Shown: positions 9,312 to 18,985 of the stretch, piece by piece
Layout of the letters: each line of letters opens with the position of its first letter
How positions within the stretch are numbered: position 1 is the stretch's first letter
IMG/VR virus record: IMGVR_UViG_3300002855_000208
Coordinates: 1 to 53,655 of that record
Length of the DNA: 53,655 nt
Origin: a virus
Lineage: Duplodnaviria > Caudoviricetes
Strand: one strand, 5' to 3'
Notes under the pieces: generated by a model
What the model was told of the DNA's origin: nothing
Database searches by the model: none
The model's input: the letters and a program-made list of their open reading frames with translations, nothing else
Position numbers and translations under genes: made by a program

Positions 9312-10018
9312 TGATCGAGATCAAATCATTCGGTAGCAGTTCGGCCGGAAACTGCTATCACATCACTGACGGAAAGACGCAATTACTCTTGGAAGCCGGC
9401 ATTCGATTCACGGACATCCGCAAGGCGCTGGAATTTCGCGTCTCCCGCCTTGCGGGCGTTCTGATTACCCATAACCATGGGGATCACATCAAAGCGGCCG
9501 CAGACATCGCCAAAGCAGGAGTGAACATCTACTCCAGCTCGGAGACGTTTAGAGCGGCAAAGCTTTCCGGGCATCGGTTCAAGCCAGTCCAAGCGATGGA
9601 GCAGTTCACACTCGGAACGTGGACGATTATGCCGTTCCCGGTGGAGCACGACGCAGAAGACCCATACGGCTATCTAATAGCCAATCAGGACGGAGACAAG
9701 CTGGCGTTCATAACCGACAGCTATTATTGCAGGTATACTTTCTCGGGACTTACACACCTGATGCTAGAGTGCAACTACTCACTTAGGATACTGGACGAGA
9801 ATATAGCTTCAGGGAGAGTCCACCCGGCCATGAGACCGCGGCTCTTACGCTCTCATTTCAGCTTAGAGAACGTGAAAGATTTCCTCCGGGCGAACGATTT
9901 ATCAAAGCTTCAAGAGGTTCATTTGCTCCATTTGAGCGACAGCAACAGCGACGAGGAACTGTTCAAGCGTGAAGTACAGCAGATTACCGGAAAACCAACA
10001 TACGTATGCGGGAGATGA
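9311..10018 (+). CDS. MBL-fold metallo-hydrolase (exonuclease-like)
   Basis: GSSSAGN, THNHGDH, HDA, ECNY, LHLS. Confidence 0.92.
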   Translation: MIEIKSFGSSSAGNCYHITDGKTQLLLEAGIRFTDIRKALEFRVSRLAGVLITHNHGDHIKAAADIAKAGVNIYSSSETFRAAKLSGHRFKPVQAMEQFTLGTWTIMPFPVEHDAEDPYGYLIANQDGDKLAFITDSYYCRYTFSGLTHLMLECNYSLRILDENIASGRVHPAMRPRLLRSHFSLENVKDFLRANDLSKLQEVHLLHLSDSNSDEELFKREVQQITGKPTYVCGR

Positions 10019-10022
10019 GGAA

Positions 10023-10175
10023 ATGAAACAGGGGAAAAATCCAACCAGAAAACAGAAGCAAATCATGAAGGAAAACGGACTAGACCCGGAAGTGTGGCTC
10101 GTCAGCAAATCCGAATCCCACGCATTATTACTTATCCATCGCTACACTGATCGTCCTAAACAAGTGTGGCTGTGA
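10023..10175 (+). CDS. Small conserved phage protein
   Basis: MKQGKNPTRKQK, GAGG RBS. Confidence 0.65.
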   Translation: MKQGKNPTRKQKQIMKENGLDPEVWLVSKSESHALLLIHRYTDRPKQVWL

Positions 10176-10381
10176 CGGAAGTAGTCAACCCGGACGAGTT
10201 TGGAAGACCACTCACGACCTTCGGAGTAGGCGATAGCATTTGGAATCTGGCCAAGACGGACAAGCAGAAGTTTAAGGAGCATACAGAGGGCTATGTCGCC
10301 CTCTGTATGCTGGGATATCGGATCGTTAAGTTGGCATATCCGAATGTTCTTTTGCAGGAAGACAGACAGCCGAAAGGGTGA
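10166..10381 (+). CDS. Hypothetical protein
   Basis: Translationally coupled ORF. Confidence 0.6.
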   Translation: MAVTEVVNPDEFGRPLTTFGVGDSIWNLAKTDKQKFKEHTEGYVALCMLGYRIVKLAYPNVLLQEDRQPKG

Positions 10382-10743
10382 TGATCGTGCCGATCGGTGA
10401 TTTCAATCCATACTCAAAAGAAATGCAGCTCTACGACAAGCCAGTGAAGCTTTCGCAGAAGCAAATGGGCGATATTAGCCATTCAGTCGATCGTCAGCTC
10501 AAGGAACGCTCAGACGGAAAATGCGAGATCAGGGAGAAGTGTAGCGGTGCTCGAGCGGTCGTGCGATGCCATACAACCGGACGGCGCATTATACCGCGGA
10601 AGACAACCGTTGACGACCTGTTTCATGGCTGCGCCGCTTGCCACGTATGGTTCGATGAAACCGTTGAAGGGATTCGGTTTAAAAGGCGAGTGAGGCGGAT
10701 TGGGACTACGACGTATCTGAAATCAAGGAGTAAAGCGCTTTAG
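10378..10743 (+). CDS. HNH-like Zn-binding protein
   Basis: RSDGKCE...CH...CAACH. Confidence 0.6.
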   Translation: MMIVPIGDFNPYSKEMQLYDKPVKLSQKQMGDISHSVDRQLKERSDGKCEIREKCSGARAVVRCHTTGRRIIPRKTTVDDLFHGCAACHVWFDETVEGIRFKRRVRRIGTTTYLKSRSKAL

Positions 10744-10755
10744 GGGGCTCGGCGA

Positions 10756-11691
10756 ATGGCAAATCCTCAAACGGAGAATGGTTTTCTTCAAATCGCAAAC
10801 GAGATATGGAATGAAGTCATTCGCCGCGACTTCTCCAAGCGACAGAAGGACATCATTCTCTTCATCTGGCGTCTTTCATATGGCTGCAAGAAGAAAGTAG
10901 CTTGCATCCCTATGCTAAAAGACTTCGAATTGTGCGGTGTTGGTCCACAAAACATTACAAAGGAATTGAATTATCTAGTCACTTCCAGAGTGATTGAATG
11001 GAACAAAATCGACAACATTTTTATCGTAAATAAGGATTATGAGCGGTGGCAAATTAGTCCCGTTAAGGGATGGGACGAAGAACGATTCAAGAAATTAGTC
11101 CATCATAACATAGGCAAAACCACTTCTCAAAACGAGAAGTTAGAGCAAAAAGCGAAGCCACAACCAATCGTCATAACTTCTCGAAATAAGAAGTTACAAC
11201 TTCTTAAAACAAGAAGTTATCGCTTCTTAAAACAAGAAGTGAGGGGACTTAATATCCCTTGTCGCTCTAAGGTAGAAAGGGTGTCTAAAGAAAGGTTTAA
11301 AGACATTATTAAAAAAAGATTTACTACTACAACAACATACGCGAGTGATGATCCCGAAACTGTAACAGCTGCATACGCCCTTGTCTTCGGTGGAGGGACA
11401 CTTCCGGGAATATTTCAAAAAGAGCTCGTCCCCATCATGGTGTCATTTGGAGAAAAGTATGTAGTCGAACTTATTCTCGAATCTGGCGAGTCTGGAAGCA
11501 AACCAAGCCTAAGACATATCCTCTCAATCCATGAATCTTGGAGTCAACGAGGAGTTCGATCGCGAGAAGAAGCGAAGGCGGGGAGGGCATCAAACCAGTT
11601 GGTTGGTAAGTCAAAGCTACAGCAAGGGCTTGAAGAACTCGAACGAATGCAGGAGGAGGAGCGACGACGTGAACAAGTCGGAAGTCATTGA
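10756..11691 (+). CDS. Replication initiator (lambda O-like N-terminus)
   Basis: MANPQTENGFLQIANE, RLSYG, NKDYERW; internal iterons. Confidence 0.88.
   Translation: MANPQTENGFLQIANEIWNEVIRRDFSKRQKDIILFIWRLSYGCKKKVACIPMLKDFELCGVGPQNITKELNYLVTSRVIEWNKIDNIFIVNKDYERWQISPVKGWDEERFKKLVHHNIGKTTSQNEKLEQKAKPQPIVITSRNKKLQLLKTRSYRFLKQEVRGLNIPCRSKVERVSKERFKDIIKKRFTTTTTYASDDPETVTAAYALVFGGGTLPGIFQKELVPIMVSFGEKYVVELILESGESGSKPSLRHILSIHESWSQRGVRSREEAKAGRASNQLVGKSKLQQGLEELERMQEEERRREQVGSH
11122..11240. repeat. Replication origin iterons
   Basis: Four 19-bp imperfect palindromes RCTTCT-N7-AGAAGT at 11122, 11176, 11199, 11222, followed by an A-rich tract. Confidence 0.85.
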
Positions 11692-12010
11692 ACTCTTGAA
11701 AACATTAAGACGCACTTATCCGGTCGTAGATACATCCGTCGAAGGTGTCGAGCACTATTACAAGTACCTACGAGATTTTCCATATGCGACAGCTCGAGAA
11801 AACATTGACCGCTATATCCTGACTGAAAAGTTCCCGCCAACGATCGCAGACATCCGCGGCCGTCTCGGGGATCAATTGGACAGCCAGAGAAGCAAGGAAG
11901 AGGCGGATGCCTACTTTGCTCAGATCGACCTTTGGAACAGAACGGGAAGCCCTCCGCCCGATGGATATTGGGAGAACGTTCGAGCGAAACTGCGAGGTGA
12001 TGCCGGTTGA
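11669..12010 (+). CDS. Helicase loader/inhibitor (SPP1 G39P-like)
   Basis: GTG start after GGAGG; KFPPTIADI motif; precedes DnaB. Confidence 0.75.
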   Translation: MNKSEVIELLKTLRRTYPVVDTSVEGVEHYYKYLRDFPYATARENIDRYILTEKFPPTIADIRGRLGDQLDSQRSKEEADAYFAQIDLWNRTGSPPPDGYWENVRAKLRGDAG

Positions 12011-13422
12011 ATCAAATGACAGCAATGGACGAATTCCTTGATACGCGACCGCCGAACGATCTACAAGCGGAGCAAGCAATACTTGGCGCCGTGCTACTTG
12101 AATCAGACACGATCGACATCGTGCGCGAGAAACTGAACGGAAACGAATTTTATTCCGTACCTCATACCCGCATATTGACCGCAATGTTCGCGATGCACGA
12201 GCAAGAAGAACCAATCGATCTGGTGACGATTGCAGATCGCCTAACCGTTTCCGGACACTTGGAGGATGTTGGAGGAATTACATATCTGACATCGCTTGCG
12301 GGAGCAGTTCCGACAGCGGCGAACGTAGATCATTACATCGGTATCGTGCAGGAAAAGCATTTGCTAAGGCAAGCGTTGGACACAAGCAAAATGATCGTAA
12401 ACGCGGTGAAAGGCGGCGATCCCCGCACGGTAATATCCAGCATGGAGTCGGCGGTAACTCGGTTATCGGACCAAGCGGCGCCGTCAAGAGAGTTCCATCC
12501 GATTCGCGATGTTCTTGTTGAAGTATTCGAACAAGCGGAAGTGAGATGGTTGAACAAAGAAACGAATCGGGGAATTACCGGAGTCGAGTCACACTTTCCT
12601 GATTTGGACAAGATGACATCCGGATTCCAAAAAAACGACCTCATAATCGTTGCCGCTCGTCCGTCCGTAGGGAAAACAGCATTCGCGCTGAATATCGCCC
12701 AAAATGTGGCTATCAAGTCAACCGAGACTGTTGCGGTGTTCAGCCTTGAAATGTCTGCCGCTCAACTTGTACAGCGCATCATCTGTTCGGAGGCGAACAT
12801 CGATGCAAGCCGCATGCGTACCGGCTACTTTGATGGTAATGACTGGGAACGTATGAGTGTGGCGCTCGGGACTCTCTCGGAAGCGAAAATTTTTATCGAC
12901 GATACGCCGGCTCTAACGGTTTACGACATTCGGGCCAAGTGCCGACGCTTGAAAAAGGAACATGGGCTTGGAATGATCGTGATCGACTACCTCCAACTCA
13001 TCGCGGGTCGCGGCCGTCGTGGGGCCAACCGGCAAGAGGAAGTATCTGAAATATCCCGGACGCTCAAGCAGATCGCTCGCGAACTAGAAGTTCCGGTTAT
13101 CGCCCTATCACAGCTCTCCCGCGGCGTAGAACAACGCCAAGACAAGCGGCCGATGATGAGCGACCTTCGGGAGTCGGGAGCGATCGAACAGGATGCGGAC
13201 ATCGTTGCTTTCCTCTACCGCGACGATTATTACGACAAGGAATCCGAGAAGAAGAACATTATCGAAATCATCATCGCCAAGCAGCGGAACGGACCGGTCG
13301 GCACGGTCGAGCTCGCATTCCTGAAGAACTTCAATAAGTTCGTAAGCCTTGACCGGTCGCATGCAGAATCGTATAACCCTTCCGGGCGCGGCCCCGACAT
13401 GGAAGCGAGGTACGGGGCATGA
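12007..13422 (+). CDS. dnaB: Replicative DNA helicase
   Basis: AARPSVGKT, FSLEM, IDYLQL, LSQLSR, DLRESGAIEQDAD. Confidence 0.97.
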   Translation: MNQMTAMDEFLDTRPPNDLQAEQAILGAVLLESDTIDIVREKLNGNEFYSVPHTRILTAMFAMHEQEEPIDLVTIADRLTVSGHLEDVGGITYLTSLAGAVPTAANVDHYIGIVQEKHLLRQALDTSKMIVNAVKGGDPRTVISSMESAVTRLSDQAAPSREFHPIRDVLVEVFEQAEVRWLNKETNRGITGVESHFPDLDKMTSGFQKNDLIIVAARPSVGKTAFALNIAQNVAIKSTETVAVFSLEMSAAQLVQRIICSEANIDASRMRTGYFDGNDWERMSVALGTLSEAKIFIDDTPALTVYDIRAKCRRLKKEHGLGMIVIDYLQLIAGRGRRGANRQEEVSEISRTLKQIARELEVPVIALSQLSRGVEQRQDKRPMMSDLRESGAIEQDADIVAFLYRDDYYDKESEKKNIIEIIIAKQRNGPVGTVELAFLKNFNKFVSLDRSHAESYNPSGRGPDMEARYGA

Positions 13423-13628
13423 GACTAGATCCGATTTTTCAAACAAGAAATCGTTACCTTGTGATCGAGGATGGACAAGTCATCGGAGAAGTGTATACGC
13501 TGCCCGAACGTATGTCGGAATGGAAGGGGAAGGAATATGCGACTGACGGAAGAAGAATTTCGGCGCATCACTGGACAGACGCCAGAACCGAAGCGAAGCA
13601 AATACAGAAATATTCGAACCGTCGTTGA
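13419..13628 (+). CDS. Hypothetical protein
   Basis: ATGA-coupled to dnaB. Confidence 0.55.
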   Translation: MRLDPIFQTRNRYLVIEDGQVIGEVYTLPERMSEWKGKEYATDGRRISAHHWTDARTEAKQIQKYSNRR

Positions 13629-13929
13629 CGGCATTTCCTTTGACAGCCGGGCCGAAGCGAACCGTTATTGTGAACTCAAAAACCTGATGAAAGCCGGCGT
13701 TGTAAAGTTATTCATTCGACAGCCGCGGTTCCTTTTGCAAGAAGGTTACGAGAAAGACGGGGAATGGTTCGGGAAGCTGGAATACGTCGCCGACTTCCTA
13801 GTCTGCTATATGGACGGCCGGTCTGAAATCGAGGATGTTAAGGGCAAGAAGACACGGACGTATATCGATAAACGGAAACTGTTTGAACGGAAGTACCCAC
13901 ACCTAAAAATCGTCGAGGTGAGCGTATGA
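13537..13929 (+). CDS. DUF1064-type PD-(D/E)xK nuclease, putative resolvase
   Basis: SKYRN...DGISFDSRAEA...YVADF...EDVKG. Confidence 0.85.
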   Translation: MRLTEEEFRRITGQTPEPKRSKYRNIRTVVDGISFDSRAEANRYCELKNLMKAGVVKLFIRQPRFLLQEGYEKDGEWFGKLEYVADFLVCYMDGRSEIEDVKGKKTRTYIDKRKLFERKYPHLKIVEVSV

Positions 13930-14093
13930 ACTGGAAGCAGGCTTCGGACAAGGAGTTGCTAGCGATCATCACTTCGGATCCGGCCGCAAGATTATCCGAC
14001 GTCGCACAGGCGCATGCGGAGTATGAACGAAGAAATCGGAAGATTCCGAGAACTCGGACACAATTCAAACAAAAGAAGGTGTATCCGCGATGA
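13926..14093 (+). CDS. 55-aa protein, not in ORF track
   Basis: ATGA overlaps on both sides; MNWKQASDKELLAII... Confidence 0.6.
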   Translation: MNWKQASDKELLAIITSDPAARLSDVAQAHAEYERRNRKIPRTRTQFKQKKVYPR

Positions 14094-14299
14094 ATATCAA
14101 CGGGCCAATAAGTATCTGGTACGGAAGAACAGACTACACGCCGGGTATGGAGTTGGGGAAGCCAGACAGGATTGTCGAACCGGGTACGTTGGTTGTAGCC
14201 GGTCCATTCCATCCTACTATCGTGACGGAAAATAGCATAAAGCGGACGAGGAAAAATCGGAAAACTGCTAAGAAGCCGACTTTAGAGGCGATGCAATGA
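14090..14299 (+). CDS. Hypothetical protein
   Basis: Coupled ORF. Confidence 0.55.
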   Translation: MNINGPISIWYGRTDYTPGMELGKPDRIVEPGTLVVAGPFHPTIVTENSIKRTRKNRKTAKKPTLEAMQ

Positions 14300-14327
14300 G
14301 CGCCAAGCAATAAGGGAGACGGCCCAA

Positions 14328-14555
14328 ATGGACATACACCACTTCGTCGGCAAGAAAGCCCACACAGAAACATGCTGGGTATATACCCAAAAAGGATACG
14401 AGGAATCAAAGGAAAGTCCGTACCTCACGCCAAACGATCTGGAGCTAAGAAAACCCGGCATGCCAGTAGGAGAGTATTACCGCCAATCCTGTCCTATGTG
14501 GTGGGTATATAACGGATGGGTGACGGAGGCAGAGGGGCAACTAACACTATTTTAA
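14328..14555 (+). CDS. Hypothetical protein
   Basis: GGGAG RBS; C-terminal GQLTLF clamp-binding-like motif. Confidence 0.6.
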   Translation: MDIHHFVGKKAHTETCWVYTQKGYEESKESPYLTPNDLELRKPGMPVGEYYRQSCPMWWVYNGWVTEAEGQLTLF

Positions 14556-14571
14556 CGAGGAGTAGGATTCA

Positions 14572-14823
14572 ATGACTAACCTTGAAAAAATGATCGAATT
14601 AACCGGACATGAAGCAGATAAGAAACAAGTAATGGAATGGGCTTACATGAACCGTATATGGGTGCTTGATTTACAGGATCACGATCCCTTTCAGACGATG
14701 GAAGCATCCGTTAACCACTGGATCGAAAACAACGCTTATTGCGGAGATGAGCATGAGAACTGGCCTAGATTCTTAGATGCGGAATATGTTCCGGGAGAGG
14801 AAGGGTTGAAGGATGAAGGTTGA
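14572..14823 (+). CDS. Hypothetical protein
   Basis: GAGGAG RBS. Confidence 0.65.
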   Translation: MTNLEKMIELTGHEADKKQVMEWAYMNRIWVLDLQDHDPFQTMEASVNHWIENNAYCGDEHENWPRFLDAEYVPGEEGLKDEG

Positions 14824-15067
14824 TGTTGCCCAAGTCGGAAAGCGATGGTTTTTAGTCAAAGCCAACGGAATCGATGTGGAAGCAAGTTATGTAGTCAGTA
14901 CTAAATTCGTTAAAAACGAAACGGATTCCCGAAAGGCCGGATACAGCGTTTACGATCATGTACCATTTCGAAAATGGATACTTACAGGCAAAGGCGCAAG
15001 GAAGCACCGTGAGGAGATCGTAAAAGAACTCGCGCGCAGCGCCCCCGATCCGACCGAATCCACTTAG
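14813..15067 (+). CDS. Hypothetical protein
   Basis: Coupled ORF. Confidence 0.6.
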   Translation: MKVDVAQVGKRWFLVKANGIDVEASYVVSTKFVKNETDSRKAGYSVYDHVPFRKWILTGKGARKHREEIVKELARSAPDPTEST

Positions 15068-15236
15068 GGCGAAAGCCCGGAGGCCGATACCCTATATTTT
15101 CTAAGGAGTGAATAGAAGAATGATAGAGCGTAAATTGTGCCGCAAGTGCGGAGAAAAGATTGAAGGTCATCGCGTGTTGTACCGGTTACGTCCATTCCGA
15201 GTCAAATTATTATGCGGTCAAGGAGTGAATAGATAG

Positions 15237-15482
15237 ATGAGCAAACAAAAAGAAATCAATAAGCGACTCGAACCATTCGGCGATCTTCTTTACAAACTAT
15301 ACGAAGACGCGAGAGCGATTCTGATGAAAAAAACTGACGATGAATTGAAACAACTGATCGAAGATACCCAAACACTAACAGCAACGAATTGCGGATGGAC
15401 AGCATATCATATGCGCGAAGTTGTGGCATATGAGGCGAAGATCATTCTACAAAACCGCGAGGAGGCCCAATCCCATGAATAA
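15237..15482 (+). CDS. Hypothetical protein
   Basis: AAGGAG RBS. Confidence 0.65.
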   Translation: MSKQKEINKRLEPFGDLLYKLYEDARAILMKKTDDELKQLIEDTQTLTATNCGWTAYHMREVVAYEAKIILQNREEAQSHE

Positions 15483-15903
15483 ACCCATAGGAACAATAGA
15501 CGGAGACTTGTTGTTGGAGTGGTTAAAGCAGAGGACGGAATGGTTTGAAGCTCGGATGCCAAACGAACAATACGGCGAAACAACTTGGATTTATTAAGAC
15601 GAATGGACGCAACACGATGAAATTGTCAAAGAAATCGAATCAGGCAACTTCACCATCCCATCCGATCAGGGAGAATCCATAAGGCTAAGAGAGGCGTTGA
15701 AAAGAGTCCGAATACACCTCATTGCCGGGATGAGTGAGTTTGCAGCCGAAGAAGCCCGATATATCGTCGACGAAGCCCTCTCATCTCCCCATAGAGAGGA
15801 TGGGAAGCCAGGATCAAACGAATGGTACTGTCACAAATGCGATCAAGTAATACCTTGCAGCCACATTCACAATCATAAACCAGGAATCACGGAGGAGAGA
15901 TAG
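15475..15903 (+). pseudogene. Hypothetical gene interrupted by in-frame TAA
   Basis: GGAGG RBS and ATG at 15475; single TAA at 15595-15597; same frame continues into the listed 15697-15903 ORF. Confidence 0.6.
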
Positions 15904-15906
15904 GAC

Positions 15907-16119
15907 ATGAAGAAATCCGATCTCGCCAATATCACACTCGAACTGTGGGCACACGTAGACCAAGCTGACTACGATCTAGCTATCAAGGAGGCATTCGCAA
16001 ACATGCCGATTGGATGGCAAAAAGAATTCATAAAGAGAATGATCGAAAACGGCTTTGAAAGGGAGCCGGATGACGGGATTTTGAAAAAGGCGCAACGTCT
16101 CACCGGCCTAGAGGAATAG
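15907..16119 (+). CDS. Hypothetical protein
   Basis: GGAG RBS. Confidence 0.6.
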   Translation: MKKSDLANITLELWAHVDQADYDLAIKEAFANMPIGWQKEFIKRMIENGFEREPDDGILKKAQRLTGLEE

Positions 16120-16182
16120 GACAACGGGATAGAGCCGATCTATCCCTGATGCACTAACGACCAATTAAGCGACAGAGGGAGG

Positions 16183-16380
16183 ATGGGAGTTTTGCCAGTA
16201 CCTTTTTCGAACGTGCAAGACATCATCTATTTCCACGATGAAGAAATGGCTAAAGAAATATTCCAATATCTCGTTGAAAAAGGTCACTCAGTAAGTTTGT
16301 CCAGTTCTCAAATCATTACTGGAACTCACGGTGAACAAAGTGTAAAGCGATTAGATGTCTATAAAAATAAAAATGCTTGA
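16183..16380 (+). CDS. Hypothetical protein
   Basis: GGGAGG upstream. Confidence 0.55.
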   Translation: MGVLPVPFSNVQDIIYFHDEEMAKEIFQYLVEKGHSVSLSSSQIITGTHGEQSVKRLDVYKNKNA

Positions 16381-16396
16381 AAAAGGAGCGATTGAA

Positions 16397-16573
16397 ATGA
16401 ATCCAAGAACGGCGATGAAAGAAACTATCAAATTTATGTTGGATCAGCTCGGTGTTGGTGATGCTGAATCTGTAGCCGAAAAAATGCACGACGATCCTAC
16501 TTTTCTGGAGCAATTAGAAGATTTCTTCCAGGAGCATCTTGATGACTTCGGAGAAAATTACGGACTTTATTAA
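16397..16573 (+). CDS. Small acidic protein
   Basis: AAGGAG RBS, ATG 16397. Confidence 0.6.
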   Translation: MNPRTAMKETIKFMLDQLGVGDAESVAEKMHDDPTFLEQLEDFFQEHLDDFGENYGLY

Positions 16574-16615
16574 TTAGCTGAAGTACAACGATTAATCCAA
16601 GGAGGTCTATAGGAC

Positions 16616-16900
16616 ATGACCAATAACCTTGTTGAACGATTGAAAGGCATTCCCGCAGGCACACAATTAACGCTCGTACTTAAAGACATTTTCGGAAACC
16701 CGTTCAACTTCAAATCCACCCATGGTGGAAAAGTGGAACAACGTGGGTACTACACCAAAGGTGGCGGATGGGGGATGTATAAACACGAAGGAGATGTTGA
16801 GTGCTATCTAATCCTCGTTAAGCCGTACAAAAAGCGCAATCCCATTTGGCTAAAGATCGGTCAGAAGGTAATTGATTATAAATTGGGATGGGTGGATTAG
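16616..16900 (+). CDS. Hypothetical protein
   Basis: AAGGAGG RBS. Confidence 0.65.
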   Translation: MTNNLVERLKGIPAGTQLTLVLKDIFGNPFNFKSTHGGKVEQRGYYTKGGGWGMYKHEGDVECYLILVKPYKKRNPIWLKIGQKVIDYKLGWVD

Positions 16901-16903
16901 GAC

Positions 16904-17293
16904 ATGACCAATAAAGGAGCGGATAACATGAATAAGCAAGCAATACTGGATGTATTGAACAGCCTTGAAGTAACGGACTCGCAAGGCGGAGAAGATGCGT
17001 ATGCTCTCGTTGATAATACGCCGGAGGTTCGCGATGAACTTAACGCTCTTGGCATTACAGACGAGACAATCGAGGGATACGGAGACAAAGAGTCGTTTTG
17101 CATCCTAGCACTCGCGTTTGGCGAAGGATATGCAGATTATCATCAAAGCGGTAAATTGTTCCTGTTCGGCCCTATCGACGACGATCTACGCCAACGTGTA
17201 GTTAATGGGGAGGGCACAGCGATCGATGCAGAACGCCTTCTTCGCGCACTAGAACCGGAGTTATTCGGGGAGGTATCCCATGACCCAACCTAA
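16904..17293 (+). CDS. Acidic hypothetical protein
   Basis: ORF; AAGGAG RBS suggests start at MNKQ (16928). Confidence 0.65.
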   Translation: MTNKGADNMNKQAILDVLNSLEVTDSQGGEDAYALVDNTPEVRDELNALGITDETIEGYGDKESFCILALAFGEGYADYHQSGKLFLFGPIDDDLRQRVVNGEGTAIDAERLLRALEPELFGEVSHDPT

Positions 17294-17780
17294 TGAGCAG
17301 TTAATAGAGATAGCCAATAAACTAGCTAACGCGAAATATTGGCCCATGGAGGACGTTGAGAAGGTTCCAGACATACTCCGCGCCCTACTGGAAGAGAACA
17401 AACTACTTCGTGAGTCGAAATTAAATGTCGAGCATAACCGCCAGTTGTTGTCCGATGAACTCCAACAGACAAGGGAAGAGTTAGAACAGGTCAAGTTTGA
17501 ACGAGAACACTGGCACAAGTATTACATGCAGGAGCGTGAACTCGGAAGTGGTCAGAAGGATCGTTTGCGTAAGGAACTCGAATCCATCCATACCGAACTA
17601 GCCGCTAAGGATAAGGTACTGCAATGGTATGCAGACGAAGAAAACCATGAAAATGTCGATGCTTGGGGAGAGCGGATTAATTCAAACGTGAGGGAAGATG
17701 CCGGAGATCGTGCTCGCGAAGTCCTATCATCCTATCCCCCAAGGGAGAAGGGAGCAACAGCGAATGGCTCGGATTTTTAG
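17280..17780 (+). CDS. Coiled-coil hypothetical protein
   Basis: GGGAGG RBS; LQWYAD...DAGDRAR. Confidence 0.65.
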   Translation: MTQPNEQLIEIANKLANAKYWPMEDVEKVPDILRALLEENKLLRESKLNVEHNRQLLSDELQQTREELEQVKFEREHWHKYYMQERELGSGQKDRLRKELESIHTELAAKDKVLQWYADEENHENVDAWGERINSNVREDAGDRAREVLSSYPPREKGATANGSDF

Positions 17781-17949
17781 AACATACAGCGATACGGAAG
17801 TACATTCCTTGGCTGTCGCCGTACAATGCCCGTACTGCGGCGAAGAATGGAACGAAATCGATCTAACGGAATGCGGTCAAACATACAACCTCACCTGTGA
17901 AAATGAAGAATGCGAGAAAGAATTCGAAATGTACTTTGACGCCAGTTAG
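17764..17949 (+). CDS. Zn-ribbon protein
   Basis: CPYC...CENEEC. Confidence 0.6.
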   Translation: MARIFRTYSDTEVHSLAVAVQCPYCGEEWNEIDLTECGQTYNLTCENEECEKEFEMYFDAS

Positions 17950-17966
17950 GGAGAAGGGAGCAGACA

Positions 17967-18176
17967 ATGGCTGATTTCTACAAAAATAAACACGTATCCC
18001 AAACTCGCAAGGATCACAATTGCTATGATTGCGGTCACGTCATTCCAACAGGTTCAGAAGCCGCCAAATCATGTACGGTACTGGAAGGGCAATTTCTCCA
18101 CGGATATTTCTGTTATTCATGCGTACCGGACAAGCATCCATCCCTATTAGGGGAGAAGGGAGAGGGGCAGGGGTGA
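17967..18176 (+). CDS. Zn-finger protein
   Basis: RKDHNCYDCG...CYSC. Confidence 0.65.
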   Translation: MADFYKNKHVSQTRKDHNCYDCGHVIPTGSEAAKSCTVLEGQFLHGYFCYSCVPDKHPSLLGEKGEGQG

Positions 18177-18973
18177 TACGGAGTCCGCTCATTTGGTTCG
18201 GAGGAAAGAGTAGGGTAGCAACACACATCATTTCAAAAATGCCTCCTCATACGTGCTACGTTGAACCATTTGGGGGGGCGGCGCATGTGATTGCACAGAA
18301 ATCCCCGGTATACAGCGAAGTATATAACGACATAGACGGGGAAGTCGTAAACTTCCTGCTTGTGGCCAGAAGCGAACCAGTTAGATTCAAAGAGGCTTGC
18401 GAGTCTCTGCCATATAGCCGGGCGATCTATGAAAAGTGGAAGAGAGAAGCGCCGCTGGAAGATAACTTCGAAAAGGCCGTTAGATTCTTCTATGTGAATC
18501 GGTCAGGGATCACAAAGGGAAATTCAGATTCGGTATTTTCCACGGACACGGGCTGGAGGCACAGCAAGGAACACAATACAGCGCGAACGTATCAATCGGC
18601 TTGTGAGGTCATTACAGGGTTTGCGGAAAGAATGAAGACGGTCATGATCGACAATCGAGACTTCCGGGAGATATTCAGGGTTTACGACTCACCAGGAACT
18701 TTGTTCTACGTTGATCCTCCATACATCGGCAGAGAAAAGTATTACGCCGGGGGATTCACTGATAAGGATCATCGCGATTTAGCGGAAATCCTGAATAAGA
18801 TTCAAGGAAAAGCAATCCTATCATATTACGATGATCCCCTGTTGAGCGAACTGTACCCGAACTGGCATCGCGAAACGTATCAAGTGGCGCGGCAAGTGGT
18901 CAACGGGAACAACAACAAGGCAGAAGAACTTCTGCTCATGAACTTCGATAACGGACAGATGACGCTTTTCTGA
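18173..18973 (+). CDS. Orphan DNA adenine methyltransferase (Dam/D12 class)
   Basis: WFGGK, YVEPFGG, ND, YVDPPY motifs; GTG start at 18173. Confidence 0.92.
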   Translation: MIRSPLIWFGGKSRVATHIISKMPPHTCYVEPFGGAAHVIAQKSPVYSEVYNDIDGEVVNFLLVARSEPVRFKEACESLPYSRAIYEKWKREAPLEDNFEKAVRFFYVNRSGITKGNSDSVFSTDTGWRHSKEHNTARTYQSACEVITGFAERMKTVMIDNRDFREIFRVYDSPGTLFYVDPPYIGREKYYAGGFTDKDHRDLAEILNKIQGKAILSYYDDPLLSELYPNWHRETYQVARQVVNGNNNKAEELLLMNFDNGQMTLF

Positions 18974-18985
18974 GGAGGGAATAGC

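Noticed and set aside
11122-11240. Possible mini-CRISPR array
   Set aside because: Spacers only 4 bp and located inside the initiator gene; better explained as iterons
16126-16152. Hairpin followed by CTGATG as a second hammerhead
   Set aside because: Core reads CUGAUGC and no GAAA or stem II follows
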